Shown here piece after piece: positions 27,952-36,385 of a stretch of 64,000 nt of DNA; within the stretch, counting starts at the first letter, position 1; every line of letters begins with the position of its first letter. The stretch covers positions 1,312,001 to 1,376,000 of the forward strand of contig OY761159.2 of the NCBI GenBank assembly GCA_963664395.2, written 5' to 3'. The stretch is from Candidatus Binatia bacterium (GTDB lineage Bacteria; Desulfobacterota; Binatia; Bin18). A model generated the notes under the pieces. It was not told the DNA's origin and did no database searches. It was given only the letters and a program-made list of their open reading frames with translations. A program made the translations under genes and the position numbers.

Positions 27952-29109
27952 ATGGATCATGAGTTGAGCGCCGAAGAAACGCAATTGGTCGAGACTGCGA
28001 AAACATTTGCCGCAGAAAAAATTGCCCCTTTTGCCGCAGAGTGGGAACTCAACCGGACAGTGCCTCTCTCTCCCTTCCGGGAGGCAGCAGCCGTGGGCCT
28101 CACCGGAGTGCTGGTACCCAAAGCAGTCGGTGGACAAGGTGCCAGCCATATGGCGGCTGCCAGAGTACTGGAGGAGCTGGCCGGGGCGTGCTTTGCCTTT
28201 ACCTTTAGCCTCTGGGTCCACAACAACATGCTCAACACTATTGCCCGCAATGGCACGCCGGACCAAATCGAGCGCTACGTTCCACCGATGCTGGCAGGAG
28301 AAAGAATCGGGGCGTTTTGCTTGACGGAGCCCGGTGCCGGCAGTGATGCCGCAGCGATTACAACACTAGCCGAGAAATCGACTGACGGCTGGCGGCTGAG
28401 TGGAGAGAAAGCCTGGGTCACAAATGGCGTCAGTGCAGATGTGTTTGGAGTCTATGCTCAGACCGCCCACGCCCAGGGCTGGCGGGGTATTGCCAGCTTT
28501 CTGATGGCTGGAGATACCCCAGGTCTTGAACGCACACCACAGTACACCATGCTTGGTGGCCATGCGTTGGGAGCCGCTGGTCTCGCGCTGACACACTGTC
28601 CGGTTCCCGAGGCAGATATGCTGTTTGGCCCAGGAGACGGATTTAAGGCGGCCATGCGGGGCATCAATATGGCGCGGACGTTTGTTGGTGCGGGCTGCTG
28701 TGGCATGCTGCATGCCAGCCTCAAAACCGCATTGGCGTATGGAGCAAAGCGGCACGCATTTGGCAAACCGATTCTGAGCTTTCAGGGCCTGCAATGGGAA
28801 CTTGCCGACGTGGCAACTGATCTTGAGGCGGCGCGGTTACTGACGTATCGCGCCGCTGCGACCCTGGACCGGGGGGAGAGCGCCGTTGCTGAGGCCGCAC
28901 ACGCCAAGAAATTCGCCAGCCGAGTGGCGCTCACAGGCGTCTCACAGTGTATGCAGGTCATGGGCGCAGAAGGATTACGCACCAACAGCCCACTTGGTCG
29001 GCACTTGGCCATGGCCAAGATGACTCAATACATGGACGGAGCGACGGAAATTCAGAATATTGTGATCAGCCGCACGCTGCTCAAAGAATACGGCCTTGAC
29101 GTTGGGTGA
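27952..29109 (+). CDS. Acyl-CoA dehydrogenase
   Basis: FCLTEPGAGSDA, GEKAWVTNG, RHAFGKPI, DGATEIQ. Confidence 0.92.
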   Translation: MDHELSAEETQLVETAKTFAAEKIAPFAAEWELNRTVPLSPFREAAAVGLTGVLVPKAVGGQGASHMAAARVLEELAGACFAFTFSLWVHNNMLNTIARNGTPDQIERYVPPMLAGERIGAFCLTEPGAGSDAAAITTLAEKSTDGWRLSGEKAWVTNGVSADVFGVYAQTAHAQGWRGIASFLMAGDTPGLERTPQYTMLGGHALGAAGLALTHCPVPEADMLFGPGDGFKAAMRGINMARTFVGAGCCGMLHASLKTALAYGAKRHAFGKPILSFQGLQWELADVATDLEAARLLTYRAAATLDRGESAVAEAAHAKKFASRVALTGVSQCMQVMGAEGLRTNSPLGRHLAMAKMTQYMDGATEIQNIVISRTLLKEYGLDVG

Positions 29110-29182
29110 GAGATTTTCCCGGACGCTGCTTTACCTCTCTCCAACGGCGTCGTCGTTCAGGAGCGGGAAGCCGGCGAGAAGG

Positions 29183-30004
29183 TCAACGCGTCTCGCAAAA
29201 CCGCTCAAACAACCCTGGGTCGATCCTCTTCTTTTTTCTCTCAAAGAAATACATCTTGGTCCAGGCAGCGAAATAACAGAGTTCTATGAAGGGCAGATAA
29301 GGACGAAAGTCAGGCACACCGTCTCGAAAGAGATGCTGGAAAAAGGGGGTTTGAAACGGACCGAGCCAACGGGCCAAAGCGCTTGTCACACCCGTTCCAA
29401 TCAATTGATCCTTACGCAAACTGTCTGCATCAACGCCGCATACCATGCCATCTCTGTGGGTTACGATGAAATTTTTGCGGACGGCGTCCACATAATCAAA
29501 TCCTATCCAGACGGACTCCGGGGCCAGTTTCTCCGCAGCGGTACCGAGACTACGGTATACAGACTCTGAAAGAATGCCGACCTGATTGAGGATGGAAAGG
29601 TCACGCTGGAGCCGATACAAGACGGTCGTCTCCGCTATACTCACGGCCTGAGCACTGTGGCGATACGTCGCTGCGTAGAAATTCGCTATCTTTTCGACTA
29701 GGGCGGCATCGACAGTGGTAATCGGGCTGCCCTCAACATATTCGAGCCACAGTTCATGCTCATACCGGATGGCAACGGCCGGGAAATAGGGACTGCCTTT
29801 GAATGCCTCTAAATTTCGCTCGAATTCCGCCGCAAGCGCAGTGTCGCGCAGAATGAGCCGTTTGAAACGTTTCCCATTGCGTGTTGTAAACAGAGTCTGT
29901 TGCGAGTTTTGGAGACGGTTGCCAACCGCACGGGAGCACAGATACCGTAACCGCCGCGCAAGACGGAAGGTCTTTGCCTCAGCCGAGAAGCGTCCTCTCA
30001 ACAT
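29183..30004 (-). CDS. Protein-kinase-like (APH/Kdo-kinase-like) hypothetical protein
   Basis: LWLEYVEG hinge, D-x-x-x-K-N (DAVRKN) catalytic loop, downstream VD metal site. Confidence 0.55.
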   Translation of the reverse strand: MLRGRFSAEAKTFRLARRLRYLCSRAVGNRLQNSQQTLFTTRNGKRFKRLILRDTALAAEFERNLEAFKGSPYFPAVAIRYEHELWLEYVEGSPITTVDAALVEKIANFYAATYRHSAQAVSIAETTVLYRLQRDLSILNQVGILSESVYRSLGTAAEKLAPESVWIGFDYVDAVRKNFIVTHRDGMVCGVDADSLRKDQLIGTGVTSALARWLGPFQTPFFQHLFRDGVPDFRPYLPFIELCYFAAWTKMYFFERKKKRIDPGLFERFCETR

Positions 30005-30007
30005 AGA

Positions 30008-31252
30008 ATGCTCATGAATATATCAACAACCAGTAATGGAGGAAATCCCCTTGGCCATACAGATGGCAGACATATTGGGATTTTTGTCCGCTCGTTTGGC
30101 GGCGGCGGCGGCGCGGAGCGCGTTATGCTCAACCTTGCCGCAGCATTAGCCGATCGCGACTATCGTATTGATCTCGTTATGGGCCGTAAAAAAGGGCATT
30201 TCCTGGAGGAAATTCCAGACACTGTCAATATCGTTGATCTCAGTCCCCCTTCAGCACATCGGCTGTTACCCACGCTGATGAATATGCGGCATATCAGTAG
30301 GCTACTCGGTTCAGACGTATTCAACCGCAAAGCCGCCTGGATTTTCGGGATTGTCCCCGCCTTGGCAGCATACCTGAACAGTCGGCAGCCCACGGTTCTA
30401 TTGTCCGCGCTCGACTACACCAATATTGCCGCACTGTTAGCGCAGCGTTTGAGCGCGAGTTCGACACGTCTGGCAATCAGCATACATAATCACCTGTCTA
30501 CGGCCGCAGCACGAGCGAGCAAACCGCACGAACGGAAAATCCCCCAACTGGCCCGCCGTTTCTACCCCGAGGCGGACCGGATTGTTGCGGTGTCGGATGG
30601 CGTCGCTGCCGATCTGGCTCAGGTGATAGACGTACCGCGCTCGCGCATTGCAACGATTTATAATCCTATTTTTCGTCCGGAGATCCTCATTCAGGCTCAA
30701 GCGCGACTCGATCATGCCTGGTTTACTCCAGGCGCTCCCCCTGTGATCCTCGCTATTGGCAAACTCAAGCCTCAGAAAGATTTTGCCTGTCTGATTCGAG
30801 CATTTGCTCGCGTTCGAGCTATACGTCCGGCTCGGCTACTCATTCTCGGCGAAGGGCCACAGCGAGAAGCGCTACTCTCTCTGGCGCGCAAACTCAATGT
30901 CGAAAATGATGTGGCTCTGCCTGGTTTTGTCGCCAATCCTTTTGCGTATATTGGCCGGGCCGCCGTCTTTGTCCTGTCTTCTGCCTGGGAGGGACTGTCG
31001 AACGTCATTATCGAAGCGCTCGCCTGCGGCTGTCCAGTGGTGAGCACAGATTGTCCGAGCGGCCCGGCGGAAATCCTGGACGGAGGAACGTATGGCAGGC
31101 TCGTGCCTGTGGGAGATGACGCGGCCTTAGCCAATGCCATCTTGGCAACGCTGGACAATCCTCCCCCTCGGGACCGCTTACGCGACCGGGCACAGTTCTT
31201 CTCCGTTGACTGCGCGGTCGAGCGCTACCTCGACGTTCTGCTGGGAGATTGA
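30008..31252 (+). CDS. GT4 glycosyltransferase
   Basis: GGAERV, AVSDGV, KDF, SSAWEGLSNVIIEALACG, TDCPSGPAEIL. Confidence 0.92.
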   Translation: MLMNISTTSNGGNPLGHTDGRHIGIFVRSFGGGGGAERVMLNLAAALADRDYRIDLVMGRKKGHFLEEIPDTVNIVDLSPPSAHRLLPTLMNMRHISRLLGSDVFNRKAAWIFGIVPALAAYLNSRQPTVLLSALDYTNIAALLAQRLSASSTRLAISIHNHLSTAAARASKPHERKIPQLARRFYPEADRIVAVSDGVAADLAQVIDVPRSRIATIYNPIFRPEILIQAQARLDHAWFTPGAPPVILAIGKLKPQKDFACLIRAFARVRAIRPARLLILGEGPQREALLSLARKLNVENDVALPGFVANPFAYIGRAAVFVLSSAWEGLSNVIIEALACGCPVVSTDCPSGPAEILDGGTYGRLVPVGDDAALANAILATLDNPPPRDRLRDRAQFFSVDCAVERYLDVLLGD

Positions 31253-31280
31253 ATGAGACTCGTGAAGGTTGGCGTGGGCA

Positions 31281-32075
31281 TTACAGCTCGACGCTCGGCA
31301 GGGACGCTGGCAGCGCAGCTAGCGAAGCCGATAGACGGGAGAAGTGGGTGCGGACTTGGGCCAAATCTTCCGGCGTATCAGTCTCGGCCCACCACAGGCC
31401 CTCGATTGAGGCGACTTCGACTGAGTTGGATGAGTCGGCCATGGAATCGATGACTGACAAATACCAGCGCTGGAGCGAGGTTGGATCGCGCATGGCTTTC
31501 TCCACAGTAGCCTGAAATGCGTTCACGCCAGTGGCGCGAAACGTCATGAGCCCGATAGATTCGCCATGCACAACAGCCGGTGGCAATGTTTTCCCAACCG
31601 CCGCAAGGCTGCGCTCGTGTCGAATCGAGACCTTCATGTCATCGTCGTCATAGCTTGGCTTCCGATCTATAGCCAGGGTTACAGGGGCAAGCGGAGCGCG
31701 CAGGAGACGCTCTAACACAGCGGGTTCAAACAAGGTATCGCCGTTCAGCAGGACAAAATCCTCAGTCATCTCCGGGATGGCTGTCCAGCACGTGGCGAGA
31801 TTATTCGATACTGCAAAAAAAGGATTAAAGCGGGTGGTCACTGCGATCTCTGGCAGCAGGCTGCGGGTGAGAAAGTCTGCTATGAAATCTTCTACTTGGT
31901 CTGCCCCAAACCCGACCATCACCGTCACGTGTTGAATACCGCACGCGGCGAGAGCCCGGAGTTGGATTTCCAGAGCGGGCCGACTCCCGTCAACTGCTAA
32001 CAGGCATTTGGGCGTTGTTGCGGTCAGAGGCAGGAGTCGCTTGCCCTGCCCCGCGCTCAAGATGATAGCCTTCAT
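31281..32075 (-). CDS. Phosphocholine-cytidylyltransferase-like NTP transferase (CpgD-like candidate)
   Basis: MKAIILSAGQGKRLLPLT, PKCLL, LLNGDTLF, DDDMKV, GESIG, WAETDTPEDL. Confidence 0.85.
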   Translation of the reverse strand: MKAIILSAGQGKRLLPLTATTPKCLLAVDGSRPALEIQLRALAACGIQHVTVMVGFGADQVEDFIADFLTRSLLPEIAVTTRFNPFFAVSNNLATCWTAIPEMTEDFVLLNGDTLFEPAVLERLLRAPLAPVTLAIDRKPSYDDDDMKVSIRHERSLAAVGKTLPPAVVHGESIGLMTFRATGVNAFQATVEKAMRDPTSLQRWYLSVIDSMADSSNSVEVASIEGLWWAETDTPEDLAQVRTHFSRLSASLAALPASLPSVEL

Positions 32076-32294
32076 GTATTTCTGCTCGGGAGATATGCTC
32101 CGGGATGAACCTGGGATAGTCTATCCACTATGTGCCACATAGTCCCACATAGTGCCGCCTTCTATTATCCGATTATCCGATCCTGCAATGGGACAGTAGC
32201 CGAATGATTCTGCCCGGTATAAGAGAAAACCTGCAACGAATCAAGCAGGACGAGGCCGCCCGATAGCTGGACTGGCTGGTGATGGGCTTCCGGT

Positions 32295-34864
32295 ATGCAT
32301 CAGACCTCTGCGCTCTTCAGACGACGGCTGGGACGAACGCTCAGTCGTTACGTCGCCGAAGAACTTGTTTTTCCCATACTCCTGGCCTTCGGAGGGCTCA
32401 CCGGGTTGCTCTTGGCCCAGGACTTGGTCGGGCTGTCGGATCTCATTATTAATCGCGGCTCCGGTGCGTCAGCGGTTATTCAGATTATTTTCCATACCTT
32501 TCTGCCACTCGCTACCTTGACCCTGCCCTTTGCCTTTCTCATTGGTACACTGCTCGGCCTGGGGCGGCTGAAGGCGGATTGCGAAGTTCTTGTCATTGAA
32601 GCCATGGGCATTTCGGGGCGGACGCTGCTCTGGCCCGTGTCACTGATTGCCATTGTGATGACAATTTTTGCCTTCCTGCTCACTCTGGAGATTGCTCCCT
32701 ATGCAGCGCGTTCACGCTCTCAATTATTTCAGCAACTGGTCCAGGATAATCCCGGCGTGATTCTGCGACCGGGGATAGTCCATGAATTTGGTGGATCGAA
32801 AATCGTTGTTCGAGAGATTTCTGCACGTGGGGATCAGCTTCGTGGCGTCCTGCTGTGGATGGAGGAGGATGGACAGACCAATCTGATCGGCAACACTATT
32901 TTTGCTGAGCAGGCGACTCTCACACCGCAACACAATGCGTCGGCAACCTTGACTCTGCTGGATGGGGTGGCATTGATCCCGCCGCAACAAGGGGGAGGAG
33001 AAACACGTTTTAATAGATTCAGCACGACGCTTGAAGGCTATGCGATTGCGAAGGATGACAGCGAAGATCGTCTCGCCCGAGCCTCACTGGCATCCTTAGC
33101 CCGGCTCGCTGCCGACCCCGGCCCGTCCCCCCGGCTCGCGCTTCAAGCCCACACCGAATTTCATCGCCGCTTTGCCTCCCCGGCTGCGTGTCTGGTCTTT
33201 GGCCTGCTTGCCGTCGCGCTGGTACTCCAGAGCCGCCAACTTTCTCGCGCAACAAGCGGGATTGCCGGCCTCTTTGTCACCATCGCCTACTATGGCCTCG
33301 TCCAACTCGGCGAAGGGCTTGCCCAAGCACAGATCCTCGGTGTTGGGGTCAGTGCCTGGCTACCAAACATCACTATTGGGAGCTTTGCGCTCCTGCTTTT
33401 GTACCAAGGAGAACTCAAAGCCAAGACTGCCTGGTCAATCGGCCGTCTGACCCGACCAGCATTCCGGCCAGTCCAGAGGATACGTTTTCAGCGCGCTCTG
33501 TTACGGGCGCGCGGCGTGGTTGCGCATTACTTCTTTGAGCCAGTCCGGAAGCTATGTGCCCGGCGCTATCTGTTATCCCGCTATATTGTGCGGCAGTATC
33601 TCCAGAGGATACGTTTTCAGCGCGCTCTGTTACGGGCGCGCGGCGTGGTTGCCGGCGCTATGCCCGGCGCTATCTGTTATCCCGCTATATTGTGCGGCAG
33701 TATCTCCAGAGGATACGTTTTCAGCGCGCTCTGTTACGGGCGCGCGGCGTGGTTGCGCATTATTTCTTTGAGCCAGTCCAGAGGCTATGTGCCCGGCGCT
33801 ATCTGTTATCCCGCTATATTGCGCGGCAGTATCTCCAGATGCTGGGGGTCGCATTTGGTCTGTTACTCGTGGGCTATTTCCTGGTGGATATTCTTCGTCG
33901 CTTCCAGCAACTGGCCCGCTATCAGGCCGAGAGCATGGAGGTTGTTCGGTTTTATGCGGCCCGGCTTCCCCTCTTGGCTTCCCGCATCCTTCCGATGGCC
34001 CTCCTCCTGGCCACAGCGCTGACCGTCAGTCTCCTGTCCGCCCAGCGCGAACTCATTGCCGTGCGAGCCTGCGGTATTGCGGCATCACGAGCATTAGCCC
34101 CGATTTTTCTCATCGCGGCACTCATCACACCAGCCTATTTCCTCTTTAATGAAATCGTCGTCCCTCAAACAAACGCGCTGGCTGACCATCTCAAAGAAAC
34201 ACAGATCAAGGACCGCGGCGCAGGGGCACAGCGCCTGGAGAAAGCCATCTGGTATCGTGCCGGGACGCATGCGTATCAAGCAACCCAGCTCGACCCTACG
34301 CTCGGGAAAGCTCAAGACCTTTCGATCTATGAGCTGGGAGCGAACGGCTTGCCAGTGAGCCGCACGGACGCACGCTCAGCCTCTTATGTTGGGCAGGGTA
34401 TGTGGGAACTGGTTGACCCGGTGCGGGTCGAAATCTCAGAGCAAGGATTACGGACCACGCCTGCTGAGCCCCTGACCCAGCTCGGCACGACGCCCCGTAA
34501 AAAAAAGGTGGATACCAAGAGTTGGAACGTGCAGCGGCTCACCCAAGAGATACGGGAAGCGGAAGCCGCAGGATATCAGGCTACAACCTATCGGGTAGAT
34601 CTGCACGCCAAGCTTGCCCTGCCGTTGACCTGTCTCCTCTTCCCGGCGGTCGTCTTGTTCTTTGCGGTACACGGACCACCATTTCCTGGTCCGGCGCCGA
34701 CGTTCTTTGCCAGCATCATCCTCGGGGTGAGCTACATCGTCCTGTCCGATGTCTTTATTTCACTCGGCTATGGCGGCTTCCTCCCACCGAGCCTTGCCGG
34801 TTGGAGTGTCTCTGGGCTCCTGTCCATACTTGCCGTCGGATTCGCTCTCCGCCTCAAAAACTAG
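32295..34864 (+). CDS. lptFG: LptF-LptG fused permease, frameshifted by an internal tandem triplication
   Basis: First half is LptF-like (RLKADCEV..GIS, EFHRRFASP, AWLPN); second half is LptG-like (YLLSRYI, RELIAVRACGI, LHAKLALP, LPPSLAGW); removing the 104-bp middle repeat unit restores one reading frame. Confidence 0.8.
33472..33833 (+). repeat. Tandem triplication of 129 + 104 + 129 bp
   Basis: Units start TCCAGAGGATACG at 33472, 33601 and 33705; the middle unit is 25 bp shorter; units 1 and 3 differ by a few substitutions. Confidence 0.92.
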
Positions 34865-34871
34865 GTGTTCC

Positions 34872-35648
34872 ATGCGCGCTCCGGCTGTTATTTTTCCCCT
34901 GAGATATATCGGTACTATATCTCAGGTCAGGCTGCTACTTATTTTGTTGTGGCTTACCTGTGGCCTGCCGATGAACGCTGGCTGTACGGCCACTAGTGAC
35001 ACGAGCCAAGAAGACACGTCTTACACAGCCGCACGGAACCGCATGGTGATAGAGCAGATAAAGAAACGGGGAATTCAGGATGAACGCGTCTTACACACGC
35101 TCACGACCGTCCCGCGGCATCTGTTTATCCCGCCAGCCTACCGGGATCATGCTTACGACGATGGCCCTCTCCCCATCGGTCAGGGACAGACCATCTCCCA
35201 GCCCTACATCGTGGCGCTCATGAGCGAGCGTTTGGAACTCAGCGGCGATGAGCGCGTGTTGGAAATCGGTACGGGCTCAGGCTATCAGGCTGCGGTTTTG
35301 AGCCTCCTGGCGAAACAGGTGTATTCCATTGAGATTGTCCCCCAACTGATGTCCACAGCGAGTCGGCTGCTCGCACAACTCGGTTATGACAACGTGACGG
35401 TGCTACTCGGAGATGGGAACGTTGGTTGGGAAAAAGAAAAACCGTATGACGCGATTATTGTCACTGCCGCCGCACCCCATATTCCTCCTGCGCTGATAGA
35501 ACAACTCGCCGAAGGCGGGCGTATGGTCCTGCCGGTTGTCCGCGGCGAGGAGCAGTACCTCCTGAGACTGCGGAAACAGCAGGGCCGGATTGTTGAGGAA
35601 GACTTGGGGCTGGTCCGGTTTGTCCCGTTAGTGGGAGGGGCATCGTAG
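34872..35648 (+). CDS. pcm: Protein-L-isoaspartate O-methyltransferase
   Basis: VPRHLF, GQTISQPYIVA, VLEIGTGSGYQAA, YDAIIVTAA, VRFVPLV. Confidence 0.93.
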   Translation: MRAPAVIFPLRYIGTISQVRLLLILLWLTCGLPMNAGCTATSDTSQEDTSYTAARNRMVIEQIKKRGIQDERVLHTLTTVPRHLFIPPAYRDHAYDDGPLPIGQGQTISQPYIVALMSERLELSGDERVLEIGTGSGYQAAVLSLLAKQVYSIEIVPQLMSTASRLLAQLGYDNVTVLLGDGNVGWEKEKPYDAIIVTAAAPHIPPALIEQLAEGGRMVLPVVRGEEQYLLRLRKQQGRIVEEDLGLVRFVPLVGGAS

Positions 35649-35716
35649 CACAACCCGGCGCTGCTCCAGGGCACAAGCCCACACGGCTGCCCTTGGAGCA
35701 GCGGTCAAACCGCTCG

Positions 35717-36138
35717 TTATTCTTTCTTCCCCCCCGCATGCACAATCAGTTGCGCAGAAACGTGGGCGGGGTGCAGCTGACACTTCACATCAAACAGACC
35801 GGCTTTGTCTGCCACAAACTCGACCGTCTTGGTCTCGCCGCTGTTGACCACCTCTTCGACGCCAAAAGCCGGAATGGAAAAACCGTGGTTGGGCGGGTCG
35901 CCGGGAATCTTATTCACCACTGTGATCTGGACCTTCTCGCCTTGCTCGGCAATAAGCACGGACGGAACAAACATTTTTGCGCCTTCATACAAGACGTTTA
36001 CGACCGTAAATTTCCGAGTCGCAGCCATCTCTCCCTCAGCGTGCTGGTCGGCCCAGGCCGCGGGTGCGACCGTCACCGCGAGCCGAGTGCGAGCAGGCTC
36101 AGCGTTGTTCGTGTGATTCTCCACCACTGCTGGATCAT
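35717..36138 (-). CDS. Small periplasmic cupredoxin (signal peptide interrupted by a 1-bp frameshift near 36083)
   Basis: NHGFSI and CQLHPAH Cu ligands; AAGGAGG RBS before ATG at 36138 gives MIQQWWRITRTTLSLLALG, which joins LAVTVAPAAWA if one base is added. Confidence 0.75.
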
Positions 36139-36385
36139 ACCATCCTCCTTCACTACGTTAGGATAATGATTGTAGTGAGCCCAGGTGGGCCGAGCTCAAC
36201 GTGCTGCCTGTTACAAGGAGGCGAGCTGGATAGTCGGGTGTCGGTTCGGGCTAACCGCAGGAGAGTTTATAGCAGTCCCTCGCTGGGACGTGGAAAAGGC
36301 CACCATGCGATGATTGCAACGGGACCGCCTGTTCGTTCGCTTCCAGGGCTGACCCTCCCGTACTTCCTTGCTATGATGCGCCGAC

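Noticed and set aside
33472-33833. Repeat array considered as CRISPR
   Set aside because: Units are 104-129 bp contiguous coding duplications with no unique spacers and no cas genes
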